This document shows positions 47,999 through 59,200 of a stretch of 60,120 nt of DNA, piece by piece. Every line of letters starts with the position of its first letter. The first letter of the stretch is position 1. A program made the translations under genes and the position numbers. This DNA comes from Akkermansia muciniphila (lineage in GTDB: Bacteria; Verrucomicrobiota; Verrucomicrobiia; Limisphaerales; UBA9464), in NCBI GenBank assembly GCA_945900455.1, contig CAMDJH010000005.1:1-60120 (forward strand). Reading direction: 5' to 3'. The notes beneath the pieces are model-generated. The model was not told the origin of the DNA, ran no database searches, and worked only from the letters and a program-made list of their open reading frames with translations.

Positions 47999-48066
47999 CC
48001 CCGTCACCCTGCCCTCTCGCCGCCATTTCGAGTGGGGGAGAGGGTGTCCGAAGGGCGGGTGAGGGG
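47999..48066. repeat. REP-like palindromic element (CCCTCACCC/CCCTCTC type)
   Basis: CCCCGTCACCCTGCCCT ... AGGGCGGGTGAGGGG outer IR; CCCTCTC/GAGAGGG inner IR. Confidence 0.65.
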
Positions 48067-48069
48067 ACG

Positions 48070-49533
48070 CTACGCGATGATTTCTTGGATGGGCTTCCCG
48101 TGGTCGATTTCGAGGCGTTTGCGCCCGGGAATCTCGAGTTTGCGCGAATCGAGCCCCAATTGGTGAAGGAGGGTCGCGTGGATGTCCGTGACATAATGAC
48201 GATTCTCGGTGGCGTGGAACCCGATTTCATCGGTTGCGCCGTGGACGACCCCGCGTTTCAACCCGCCCCCGGCCATCCAGACCGTGAATCCGAAGATGTG
48301 ATGATCCCGGCCGTCCGAGCCTTGAGTGCCGGGCGTGCGTCCAAACTCGGTGGCGAAAATGACGAGCGTCTCATCCAGCAAGCCACGGCGGTCGAGGTCT
48401 TCGAGCAGACCGCCGATCGGTTGATCCACGGCCAGGGCATTGGTGGTGTGGTTCTTTTTGAGACCCCCATGGGCATCCCAAGCGCCGGCACCGCCTCCGC
48501 CGTGTTGGATCTGAATGAAGCGCACGCCGCGTTCGACGAAGCGTCGCGCCGCCAAGAGTTGCATCCCGAAGTCCCGGCAGTGGGGTTGATCCAACCCGTA
48601 GAGTGCCTTCGTCTCCTCCGTTTCCTTGGAGAAATCCACGACGCCCGGGACGGATTGCTGCATGCGGAATGCCAGTTCGTAGGAGGCGACGCGTGCAGCG
48701 ATGGCGGGGTCCTGAGGATACTCGACCCCTCGCAGACCATTGAGACGTTGGATCAAGTCCATTCCGATGCGCTGGGCGTCACTTGAAAACGGGCGCTCGG
48801 GACGGCCGAAGTCCAAGGGATTACTGGGGTCGATGCGAAGGGGGACCGCGTCGTGGGCGGGGCCGAGGTAGTGGCCATCCCGTTTGTTCCAATACTCGCG
48901 CGTGCCCATCGAAATGAATTGGGGTAGGTTTTCATTCAACGAACCCAACCCGTAGTGGACCCAGGCGCCGAGCGTCGGAAAGTCGCCGTCGTTTTGATGG
49001 CGCCCCGAATGGAATTGAGTTTGAGCGCCGTGATTGCTGTCCGTGGTCCAGAGTGAACGGACGATTGCCAGTCGATCCACGTTGCGGGCCACATGGGGAA
49101 ACCAATCGCTGACCTCGATGCCGCTCTTGCCGTGTTGTTTGAAGCCGATTTGGAGTGGAAAGAGGGTGTTCCGCTGGTTTCCGTTCGCGTCGGGAACTAC
49201 CAGTCTTTCGAGAGCGAGCTTCTTCGGATTTTGGACGTCGGCGAACGGCGTTTCGGCGATGGTTTTGCCGGCGTATTTTGTCAGCATGGGCTTCGGGTCG
49301 AAGCTTTCCATGTGACTGATCCCGCCGTTCATAAAGAGCCAGATGACGCTTTTTGCTTTCGGAGTGCGGTGCGGTTGGCCGGTGGCAGGACTCCAAACGT
49401 CGGTGCTTGCCAACCCATCGCGTTGCAGCATGGCTCCCAAGGCAAGTCCGGTGAACCCCATCCCCACATCGGCCAAAAACGTGCGGCGACGGAGGCATCC
49501 AGAGGAGAGACTCGGTTGAATTCGGTTCGTCAT
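48070..49533 (-). CDS. DUF1501-family Tat-exported protein
   Basis: RRRTFL Tat motif, [49 protein letters not shown]. Confidence 0.92.
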   Translation of the reverse strand: MTNRIQPSLSSGCLRRRTFLADVGMGFTGLALGAMLQRDGLASTDVWSPATGQPHRTPKAKSVIWLFMNGGISHMESFDPKPMLTKYAGKTIAETPFADVQNPKKLALERLVVPDANGNQRNTLFPLQIGFKQHGKSGIEVSDWFPHVARNVDRLAIVRSLWTTDSNHGAQTQFHSGRHQNDGDFPTLGAWVHYGLGSLNENLPQFISMGTREYWNKRDGHYLGPAHDAVPLRIDPSNPLDFGRPERPFSSDAQRIGMDLIQRLNGLRGVEYPQDPAIAARVASYELAFRMQQSVPGVVDFSKETEETKALYGLDQPHCRDFGMQLLAARRFVERGVRFIQIQHGGGGAGAWDAHGGLKKNHTTNALAVDQPIGGLLEDLDRRGLLDETLVIFATEFGRTPGTQGSDGRDHHIFGFTVWMAGGGLKRGVVHGATDEIGFHATENRHYVTDIHATLLHQLGLDSRKLEIPGRKRLEIDHGKPIQEIIA

Positions 49534-49574
49534 GGTGCGAGGTCTTTATTGAAGTGGGAGGCGCGGAACTGGAT

Positions 49575-52382
49575 TCAGCGCAGGGTAACAAAATCGTTGT
49601 GGTTGATCAGAGCCCAAATCAGGTGGGCGCGGGCTGGGTCTTCGGTTCCTGCGGAGTCGGTGATCTCGGGATATTTGCGCCAAGCATCCAATGCGAGCTG
49701 GCTTTGGGCGACTTCAGCATTGCCGGCGGCGAAGCCTAACACCGCTTCGAAGGCGCTCCGAATAAAGGCCTCGTCGTCCATGGGGTGGTTGGCACCGGAT
49801 TCTTCCCGATGGCTCAGGCGGGTCGCAATCTGGGCGGCGGCGTCCAAGGCGAGTCGGCTGTTGGAAAGTGCCAGGGCTTGCTGTGGCACAATCGTCTGCT
49901 CGCGCCGATAGCACTCTTTCACGTTCGCTTCGTCGAAGGTTGTGAGGAAAAGGTTTCGGTCGTTGTTCGAGTGATAGAAGTAGAGGCTGCGCCGCGTGGA
50001 CGCGGCCTGATCTGAGGACGCCACCGAGGGTCCACCGAGGGTCAAGTCGAGGATGCCGGCCATGGATAGCATCGAGTCGCGGACAACTTGAGCTTCCAGT
50101 CGGATCGGTGACCGACGCCACCAGCGGAGGTTGTCCGGATCTTTCGCACCATTGAGTTCCGCTCCGGCGACCGAGGAATTCATGCGGTAGGTGGCCGAGT
50201 TTACGATGAGGCGATGCAGGTGTTTCAGACTCCACCCGCTGTCGATCAATTCACAGGCAAGCCAATCAATCAGCTCGCGGTGAATCGGTGGCGGGCTCTT
50301 GCGTCCGAAATCGAAAACGGTGGCCACTAACGGAGTTCCGAGATGCCGGTTCCAAAGATGATTGACGGCGACTCGAGCGGTTAGCGGGTTGCGAGCATCG
50401 GTGATCCACTCGGCCAGGGCCTTGCGTCGCCCCGTGCTCTTCGGTTGGAAAGCCACGGTGGGGTCGTCCTTGGTCGAATCGAGAAACCGCGTCGGGGTCC
50501 AGAGAGCTCCGGGCAGTCGGGCATACGATTCATCCTTGCCGACAGGGGCCGCGAATTGCTGCTGGGCTTTATCGAGGGCTTCTTGAGCTTTTTTGAGATC
50601 TTTTTCGACGGAATCCTTTTTGTCCGCCGCGGCCTGAAGCCGCTTGAGCTCGGCGGTGGCGAGACCGTGGCGTGCTTTGGCGAGGGCCACGTCACGCTCG
50701 GCGCGGACTGCGGCATGATTCGCGTCGATTTCGACCGGTGCCCGGGAGGGATTGATTTCGGGATTTCGGCTGTCCTTTCGGGCCCAGGATGCCTGCATGG
50801 ATTCCGAGCGCCGTTCGACGCTGGTGAACTCGGTCTGCGCCAACGCCAGGGTCGACTCGGCGAGCCGCAATTCGCCTTGCGCTTCAGCGATCGCGTTGGT
50901 CGCGGTTGGGGCGTCGGTTCTCTGAAGTCTCTGGAGTTTGGCTTGGGCTTTCTCGAGAGCCGCCGCCAGAGGCTCGATTTTTGACTGCGCTGCGGCTCGA
51001 TGCCCAGCCAACACCCAGGGACGGCGTTCGGGCTCCCAGGCTTCGTTGGGCAGCGTCACAGCCTGGATCCTCAGTGGACTGAACGTTAGAACGGAAGGGA
51101 TTCCTGGGGCGAGGGGGTTCGCCTTGTCCGGGTTGTTCTCCTGGCCCCGAACGAAGCGGTAGGTGGGATTGTCGGGCCAGCCGTCGTAGGCTCGGGGGAT
51201 GCCATCGCGAGCGAGATCCGCCTCTCCGGGCAGGCCATCCAAGCGGACGTGGTACGGTTCGAAAAACGCCCGCATCCGATAGAAATCCTCTTGAGAAAAG
51301 GGGTCGTACTTGTGGTCATGACATTTGGCGCAATTCAGCGTCAGGCCGAGCAACCCTTTGCTCACGTGTTCGACCGTTTCCTCGAGCCACTGATTGCGAT
51401 TGAACAGGAAAAAATTGCGGGCCAAATAGCCGGAGGCGCGCAGTTTGCTGAGGTCGTTTGGATACAGTTCGTCCGCGGCGAGCATTTGTCGGATCATTTC
51501 GTCGTAGGGCAGATCTGCATTCAACGATTCCACGATCCAATCCCGCCAGTGCCAGATGTGTTTCTGGCTATTCCGCAGTTGGTCACCCAGGCCCCACCAA
51601 TCGCTGTAGCGCCAGATGTCCATCCAGTGCCGTGCCCAACGTTCGCCGTGGCGCGGATCTTCCAACAGACGTTCGACGGTTCGCTCGTACCAATCCGGCG
51701 AGGGATCGCGCTCGGCGGCCGCCATCTCGCCCGCCGTTGGCGGCAGGCCGACGAGATCAAGATGCAGGCGCCGCAACAATATCGGACGGCCGGCTTCCGG
51801 CTGATGGGTAAGCGAGTGAGCTTCGTGTTCCCGTGCGATGAAGGCGTCGATTGGGTTCTTCAGCCAGGCCGGGTCGCGGGTCATCGGCGGTGCCGGGCGT
51901 GTTTGGGGGCGAAAAGCCCAATGCTCCGATGGATCCGCCTCGGGTTGCTCGTCGGTCGGTGCGGGGGCGCCGGCCTGGATCCACTCCCGGACACGCCGGA
52001 TCTCCGATTCGGAAAACGGCTCGCCTTCATGCTCGGGCGGCATGCGTTCCTTGAGGTCGCCCGTGGACATGCGCGCGATCAGGGGACTCTTGCCGGCGTC
52101 TCCCCGCTGCAGAGCCGGTCCGGACTTCCCACCCTTGATCATGAGTTCGACGGTGTCCAACCGCAGCCCCGACTTTTGCTTGAGGGCTCCGTGACACGGA
52201 GTGCAATGAATCCGAAACAAGGGTTTGATGTCCTTGGGGTAGTCAATGTCGCCGCGCGCCATCGATAGCAGTAGGCTCATCGCGAAAGCCGGCAAGACAA
52301 CGAGCGGCGCCGCACGGCGCCGGCGCTGTTGAGCGCAGGGCGCACTGGGTAGAGTCGCGGAGCGATTCAGCGCGGGAGCCAT
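49575..52382 (-). CDS. Planctomycete cytochrome c plus DUF1549/DUF1553 (PSCyt1/PSCyt2/PSD1) protein
   Basis: CTPCHG, HWAF, NPIDAFI, GERWARHWMD, CAKCHDHKYDP, NPLTARVAVN, PQQAL. Confidence 0.92.
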   Translation of the reverse strand: MAPALNRSATLPSAPCAQQRRRRAAPLVVLPAFAMSLLLSMARGDIDYPKDIKPLFRIHCTPCHGALKQKSGLRLDTVELMIKGGKSGPALQRGDAGKSPLIARMSTGDLKERMPPEHEGEPFSESEIRRVREWIQAGAPAPTDEQPEADPSEHWAFRPQTRPAPPMTRDPAWLKNPIDAFIAREHEAHSLTHQPEAGRPILLRRLHLDLVGLPPTAGEMAAAERDPSPDWYERTVERLLEDPRHGERWARHWMDIWRYSDWWGLGDQLRNSQKHIWHWRDWIVESLNADLPYDEMIRQMLAADELYPNDLSKLRASGYLARNFFLFNRNQWLEETVEHVSKGLLGLTLNCAKCHDHKYDPFSQEDFYRMRAFFEPYHVRLDGLPGEADLARDGIPRAYDGWPDNPTYRFVRGQENNPDKANPLAPGIPSVLTFSPLRIQAVTLPNEAWEPERRPWVLAGHRAAAQSKIEPLAAALEKAQAKLQRLQRTDAPTATNAIAEAQGELRLAESTLALAQTEFTSVERRSESMQASWARKDSRNPEINPSRAPVEIDANHAAVRAERDVALAKARHGLATAELKRLQAAADKKDSVEKDLKKAQEALDKAQQQFAAPVGKDESYARLPGALWTPTRFLDSTKDDPTVAFQPKSTGRRKALAEWITDARNPLTARVAVNHLWNRHLGTPLVATVFDFGRKSPPPIHRELIDWLACELIDSGWSLKHLHRLIVNSATYRMNSSVAGAELNGAKDPDNLRWWRRSPIRLEAQVVRDSMLSMAGILDLTLGGPSVASSDQAASTRRSLYFYHSNNDRNLFLTTFDEANVKECYRREQTIVPQQALALSNSRLALDAAAQIATRLSHREESGANHPMDDEAFIRSAFEAVLGFAAGNAEVAQSQLALDAWRKYPEITDSAGTEDPARAHLIWALINHNDFVTLR

Positions 52383-52548
52383 AGATTCAAAGCCTGAGGC
52401 GATGGGATAGTTGACGAAAGAATGGTCACGAAAGCAATGTGAGGATTCGATCTGTCCGTCCTCTTGACCGCAAATCTACTTGACCCCTTACGCCATCGGT
52501 GAGCCAGTCGAGGACAGCTTGAAAAGGCAGATTGAATGAGGCACACCC

Positions 52549-54127
52549 ATGAAAACGCCTATGAACACGAGCTCACCCTCGTCGTGAATTCCTCGCCGAT
52601 GTTGGTCGGGGAATGCTAGTCGCCACCGTCGGCTTCGAAACCGCCCACGGACTTGGCCTCGCTCCGACCCTGACCGGTGACTCGAATGAATTGTCCTTTG
52701 GTGCCATGGAACCGCTGGTTCGTCTGATGCAGGATACGCCTGCCACCCGCCTTCTTCCCGAGCTGACGGAAAAACTTCACTCGGGCACGGATCTCCGTCA
52801 GTTGGTGGCGGCGGCCGCGCTGGCCAATGCCCGTACGTTTGGCGGCGAGGACTACGTGGGCTTCCACACCATGATGGCCCTCGCACCGGCGTTCCACATG
52901 GCGCAGGAGCTCCCCACCGCATTGCAACCGCTGCCTGTCTTCAAGGTGCTGTATCGCAATACCCATCGCATCCAGGAAAACGGCGGTCGCAAGAGCGAAG
53001 TGCTGCATGCCGTCAAACCTGCGGCACTCTCCCCGGGTCGGCCTGGCGGTGAACGGCTGCGCGACGCGGTTCGCGAGAAAGATATCACGGCCGCCGAGCA
53101 AACCTTTGCCGCGCTCGCGGAGGGGTCGGTCGACGACGCCTTCAATCATCTGCTGATGGCCGTGCAGGACAACACCGAGGTTCACCGGGTCGTGCTTCCA
53201 TACCGCGCCTGGGACATGCTTGGCATTATCGGCCGGGATCAGGCTCACACGTTGCTCCGTCAATCGGTGCGTTATTGCGTGAAGGCCGAGTCGTGGCCGC
53301 GCACCGAAACCTGGAACGAGCCCCGCTCCCTTCTCCCGAAACTTCTCGACGAGCATAAACTCCTCGGGCGCAGTCCCGGCAATCTCCCGGCCGAAGACAA
53401 ATGGGTGGCGGAATTTAGTCAGACCCTCTTCAAATCATCGCCCACTCAGGCTGCATCTGCCGCCGCGACGGCGCTCGCGGAAGGGATTGATCCGGCGGCG
53501 ATCGGCGAAGCACTCACGCTCGCTGCCAATCAACTCGTTCTCCGTGACATGGGGCGCACGCCTCGCGATGAAGTTTTCGGTAAGCCGATTGGGAGTGTTC
53601 ACGGGGATTCCATTGGGGTCCATGCCACGGATTCCGCCAACGCCTGGCGCAATCTCGCGCGGGTGGGCAACGCCCGGAATTGCTTCGCCAGTCTCATTCT
53701 CGGTGCCTATCAAATGGCTCTCGACCGCACCGCGCGCGGCGGTGATTTCCTCAACTGGAAGCCATTGCCCTACGGCTGGCAGTTGGATCAGGTCGAGAAG
53801 GTGACCGATCCCGCGACGCTGCTTCGCGACGCCGACGAGGCGATTCGTGGGAACTTACAGGCACGTGCGTCCGCGCTCATTCATCGCTACGGCGAACTCG
53901 GGCATGCCCCGAGGCCGGTATTTGACCTGCTCTTGCGCTACGCTGTGAGCGAGGATGGCTCGTTGCACGCGGAAAAATTTTATCGAACTTCATCCGAAGA
54001 ATTCGCGGCAACCCGCCCGGCCTTTCGCTGGCGGCATCTCGTGGCGCTGGCCCGCGTGACCGCGAGCGAATATGGCCGACCCGCTCCGGGTCTGGCGGAG
54101 GCCCGATCGTTGCTCAAGATCAGCTGA
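52549..54127 (+). pseudogene. Conserved PVC-type hypothetical Tat-exported protein with a +1 frameshift in its signal peptide (intact ORF 52613..54127)
   Basis: RREFLADVGRG lies in frame upstream of ATG 52613 but after an in-frame TGA (52562); ATGs 52549 and 52561 are one base out; removing one C of CCC 52576-78 restores MNTSSPRREFL... Confidence 0.65.
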
Positions 54128-54133
54128 GTCCGA

Positions 54134-56239
54134 TTAGCGGAGTCTTGTACGATCGAACGCGCCGGCGGAGCGGATTTCCCGCTGCGCGAGAAGCCACTTT
54201 CGCCGCTGGGTGATGTTGTGCTTGATCGATGCGATCGAGCGATCGAATCGGGCCTGGGCCCTTTCCGGTTTTTCGCCGTGAAGTCCGGCCCGGTAGGCGA
54301 CCTCCCCTTCCAGTCGGCTCCGGTAGCCGTCCAGGATCGGGAAAAGTCGTTCTTCGGTGAACGCCGTTTCCAGCAATTCCCGAATGCGGGCGAGGTAGTA
54401 AGGGCGCAACTGCGGGTTGGCGAGAAGCGGCTTCGAAAACCATCCTCCGGGACGCCACCAAGGGCTGTCGATGGCCGTAAGGTCTTGCGGTGGCTGCGCC
54501 TGAGTCCAGCCCGGTGGAACGTCGCCCGCCGCCCCGTAGCTCAGTGGGAGTTCGTAAAAAGTCTGATTGGCGGGAATACCGTCATAGTAACCAAATGTCT
54601 TGTCCTGATCCCAGGGGTACATCTCCCATTTCCCAGTCCCCTTGACATCATGGTAGGTGAAGTAGCCGTTGAAGAATCCGTCCCAATAGGACAACAGGGA
54701 ATTGACCGCAAAATAATTGATCACTTGCTCGACGTTGAATTCGCGCCGGATCAATTCCCACTGTTCGGCACTCTGGGTTCGATCGAGATCCGCCACGAGT
54801 CTTTCAAGATCCCCGTGCCCGGTATAGGGATTGGTTTTCTTTTCATGCTGATTGGTGAGGCCATTCTCATACCAGAGCAGTTTGTAGAGGTTGCCGTCGT
54901 CGCGCAGGCCGTTACGATGCAGAAAGGTCTTGTTCGGTTGCTCAATGAGCAACTGATATCCGACGGGGCGACCATTGTCCCATACCCGCACAAAATCCGT
55001 CAGGCAGGCGGCATTTCCCGCCTTGCGGTACAGCATGAAGGCAAGCGGTTCCGCCAGGATGAATCGTTCGTTCTCTTCAAAAATCAGGCTGATAGTCGAC
55101 ATTCCGTTCAAGGGTCGATCCTTATGGAAGTGGACTTTCCGCCCGGCGGGCCTATCGGCGACCGTTACGAAATCATAGACCGTCGGGGGATGACCTCCGG
55201 GCTCCACCCACACCACGGCGCTGTGTCCCTGAACGGGCAGTTCCATTTCCGGCGGCCGTCCAATTAAGAAACGGGGTGCCTGGCTTCCGGGATCGTGCTT
55301 CCGGGCGTCTTCATCTGTTTGGATAATCAACACCCACGGCACTCGGTCCGGCGCAATGTTTGTGTGTACAAATATGGAAATGGCCGGACGCGGCTCGGTG
55401 GGTGCAGGGTACACTCGTCTTAGCCCCGCAGTGTCGGTGGCACCGATCCGGAATCGCATAAGGGACATCTGCGGCTGTCCGGGTATGGTTCCTCGGAACC
55501 GATTGTTCGTCACCCGTGTCATCCGAACCGATTTTTCGGGCGTCTCGGACCCGACGGATGCCACTCGGTATAGCAGTTCCACATCGCGCAATCCGGCATC
55601 GGAGGTAACGTCCGCCTCAACGATGACGGGTTGCGAGGGACCCGGGCTTGCCGGAAGCGATTCGATGCGGTTGATGATTGGCGGCAGGCCGGCGAGGTCG
55701 ATCGAATTGGGTTTTCCTGGTGATCCACCGGGGCGTAGAGGGGCCGCGGAGAGAGGGGAACCCGTCCAATTGTCCGGGAGACTTCCCGAAACGTTTTGGG
55801 AAATCCTCTCGAGCGACGCGGAGAATCCGTCGGCCGCCCGAGGCCAGGGAGCGCGGTCATCGTATCGCAACGTATCGACAACGCCGCCCTCGGCGTTGCG
55901 GAGTTGGAGTCGCTCTCCGCTCCGTTTCAGATTTCCTTTAAACTCCCCCAGCGGAATGGTGTCGTAAAACGATTGGAAGACCTGACGGTTCTGGCATACC
56001 ACCCCATAGCCCCTCGCCGGAATGTAGCTTGCCGTCGGAAACGTATACTCAACCCCTTTCGAAAACGCCCATCCCGATAGATCCACGGCTTGGTCCGAGG
56101 CATTGCGCAGCTCCACAAATTGCAGATTATGGAGATCGCCCGGGGCGTGATACATGATTTCATTGATTATAACCTGCGCCCGGACGGAGCCGGTCGCTAG
56201 GACTACAATCGTACAAAACAGACGCCAGGGCTGGGACAT
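54134..56239 (-). CDS. Secreted CotH-family kinase with N-terminal lamin-tail domain
   Basis: VIINEIMYH..FVEL.N..VDLSGW (LTD), G.SLER, LAEPLAF.LY, WDGFF..Y, WEMYPWDQDKTFG. Confidence 0.85.
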   Translation of the reverse strand: MSQPWRLFCTIVVLATGSVRAQVIINEIMYHAPGDLHNLQFVELRNASDQAVDLSGWAFSKGVEYTFPTASYIPARGYGVVCQNRQVFQSFYDTIPLGEFKGNLKRSGERLQLRNAEGGVVDTLRYDDRAPWPRAADGFSASLERISQNVSGSLPDNWTGSPLSAAPLRPGGSPGKPNSIDLAGLPPIINRIESLPASPGPSQPVIVEADVTSDAGLRDVELLYRVASVGSETPEKSVRMTRVTNNRFRGTIPGQPQMSLMRFRIGATDTAGLRRVYPAPTEPRPAISIFVHTNIAPDRVPWVLIIQTDEDARKHDPGSQAPRFLIGRPPEMELPVQGHSAVVWVEPGGHPPTVYDFVTVADRPAGRKVHFHKDRPLNGMSTISLIFEENERFILAEPLAFMLYRKAGNAACLTDFVRVWDNGRPVGYQLLIEQPNKTFLHRNGLRDDGNLYKLLWYENGLTNQHEKKTNPYTGHGDLERLVADLDRTQSAEQWELIRREFNVEQVINYFAVNSLLSYWDGFFNGYFTYHDVKGTGKWEMYPWDQDKTFGYYDGIPANQTFYELPLSYGAAGDVPPGWTQAQPPQDLTAIDSPWWRPGGWFSKPLLANPQLRPYYLARIRELLETAFTEERLFPILDGYRSRLEGEVAYRAGLHGEKPERAQARFDRSIASIKHNITQRRKWLLAQREIRSAGAFDRTRLR

Positions 56240-56296
56240 ACAGGGGTGGGAGACCTTATCCCGCGAGTATTTGTTTCAGAAATCTTTCCGCCCTAC

Positions 56297-59200
56297 TCAA
56301 TCCAAGGGCGGAATCAGTCGGTACCATTTTGGCGACGACGAAAGGCTGTCGATCATCTCATACTGACCGGACGGCGACTGCAAGATGAAGACGTCTTCCC
56401 ATTCTGTTAAGTCAATCGACTGCTGAAGCTGATAGGGAACCGACGGTAGTCCCTGGGCCGAAAGAGTCAGGATTCCGTTGGCACCGAGATTCAACTGCAT
56501 CGTGGGTAATCCCGAGGGATGTACCTCCAACGTGGCCTCCTCCGTGCTGTTTGTGCCCGCCGTGTTGAACACCACACATCGATAGGTGCCCTGGGCGGCC
56601 AAGCTTGCCTTGGGAATCACGTAGTTGCTGCTATTGGCGCCGGCGATCACTTGTTGATTAAATAGCCACTGATATTCTGGAACCGGTATTCCCGTGCCCC
56701 ACACCTTGAAAATAGCGGGAAATCCCGGTCGGATTGTTTGGTCGAGAGGCTGAAGCGTGACAGTCGGCGGTTGATAAAGGGTGAGGGTTACGACGGATGA
56801 TGTGACGCTTCCCTTGGAATTGTTGGCGACAGCGTAGTACTCGCCGGCCTTCGAGAGTTGAAGGTTCAGGAGGGTGAGTGAGGGGTCCGTGGCAGAAAGG
56901 GGGGCGTTATTGAAATACCACTGAAACGTTGGGGCCGGCGTGCCAGTCGCCTGGACGTTGAATGTCGCGGTTTCGCCGGTGAGCCGCGTCAAAGAAACCG
57001 GTTGCAGGGTAAAGCTGGGAGCGACCGTGAAATCCAGGGTAAGCGTGGCTTCGTCGCTGGTGGCGGAGCCCCCCGGATTGGTGACCACCACCCGATAGGT
57101 TCCGGCGTTGGCTGCCTGGACGTTATTCCGGGTGAGAGTGGCCGCGGTGGCGCCGGGGACGGGGACGCCTTTGAACTGCCACTGAAAGCTGGGAGCCGGA
57201 AAACCCGTGGCCGCCGCTTGAAACGTTGCCGTTTCGCCCGGTCGATGAGTCTGAGAGCCGAGCTGAAGCGTGACAGTCGGCGGTTGATAAAGGGTGAGGG
57301 TTACGACGGATGATGTGACGCTTCCCTTGGAATTGTTGGCGACAGCGTAGTACTCGCCGGCCTTCGAGAGTTGAAGGTTCAGGAGGGTGAGGGAGGGGTC
57401 CGTGACGGAAAGGGGGGCGTTATTGAAATACCACTGCAACGTCGGGGTTGGCGTGCCATTCGCCAGCACGCTGAATGTCGCGGTTTCGCCGGTGAGCCGC
57501 GTCAAAGAAACCGGTTGCAGAGTAAAGCTGGGAGCGACCGTGAAATCCAGGGTAAGCGTGGCTTCGTCGCTGGTGGCAGAGCCAGCCGGATTGGTGACCA
57601 CCACCCGATAGGGTCCGGCGTCGGCTGCTTGGACGTTATTCCGGGTGAGAGTGGCCGCGGTGGCGCCGGGGATGGCGACGCCTTTGAACTGCCACTGAAA
57701 GCTGGGAGCCGGAAAACCCGTGGCCGCCGCTTGAAACGTTGCCGTTTCGCCCGGTCGATGAGTCTGAGAGCCGAGCTGAAGCGTGACGGCCGGAATCTGG
57801 TGGACTGTCAGAGCGGCGGCCGGTGAGGGCGTGACACCCGCGACGTTTGATGCCGAAACCGTGTAGTTCCCCGCCTGGTTCAATTGAAGTCCCGGCAGGT
57901 TGAGAGTTGGGGTGGTGATGCCGAGTGGACTTCCATTGAAAAACCAGGCGTAAGTGGGAGCGGGGACTCCTTCTGCCAGTGCTGTAAAAACGGCGGTCTC
58001 TCCCTTAAGCTTGAGTTGTGGGGCCGGGACTTGAGTGAAGATTGGAGCATACTGAACGACCAACACGACCTCCGACGACAACGTCGAAGACAAATCATCC
58101 GTTACGCGAACGCGATACCGTCCGCTATCGGGCGGTTGGACCGGGGGAAGAGTTAAAGTAGCATCAATCGCCCCGGGGATATCCACTCCATCTTTGATCC
58201 ATTGGTACCGGAGCGTTCCCACTCCCTCGACAATAACGCGTAGCACGTGCGGAGAGTTTCGTAACAGAACAGCCCCAATCGGCGGAGTGACAATCCGAAG
58301 AGGAACTCCCAGCCGATAGTTGATTTGGGCAATCCCGCCTGGTCCGTCCACCGCCAAGTAATAGATTTTTCCCGCCTGGCAAGGGAATGAAATCCGGCTC
58401 GCCGTACCCAGTCCGGGAGCGTTGTTGTTGCACGCGACGTTGACCAGGCCATCGAAGAGGCCCGTGCCGGTGCCGTTGTCAAAATAGGCGGCGAGAACGG
58501 TGTCGTAGTCACTGCCCACGGTATCGGCCACCAGGATTCCGTCGGCCGCAGTCTGAATCGTGTACCACTCCGAATGACCGCCGGCGACGCCGCAGTGGAG
58601 AGGCTCGCCTTCCTCGGTGGTCGCGTCTTTCGTATTGAATATCTGCGTCCCGGAGGTGCCTGCGGCTAGGCCCAGACGCCGCCCGGTCCCACTCCCCAAC
58701 AGGGAGCCGTGAACCGACGCGCCAGCAAATGAATATTCTACCGCGGAAGCAAACGAATCCTCGGCGAGCACCTGGGTATCGGTGTTGTCGCTGCGTTGCG
58801 AAATCTGCAGGTCAATCTCCTTGCTTCGCGTGGTCAACCGAACTCCTCCCTTAGTGGTCGTCACATCGCAAAAGTAGGTGCCGACATGACTACGGGTAAT
58901 GGAGTCAAGGACGAGCGAGCTGCCGAGCTGATTCGGGAGCGGCACGCCGTTCTGCGACCATAGGAATGCGGCGGAGTCGGCCCCGCCCAAATCCACCGCA
59001 GCCGGAATGGAAACAGGCGCCAAGGGGAGAAAACTCTTACTGACCAGCACAGTTGTGAAAACGGGCAGCAATAGCAGGGTTTCTTGCACGTTCCACGTCA
59101 GAACGATGTCGCCGGTCGCCACCACAGACCGAGTCAACGTCGTCAACGATTTCGTCGTCGAACCGCGTCCGTCGACCGCAATGAAGTAGACTTGTCCAGA

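Noticed and set aside
48070-52382. DUF1501 plus PSD1 cytochrome pair as a novel system
   Set aside because: A very common paralogous pair in PVC genomes; nothing atypical seen here
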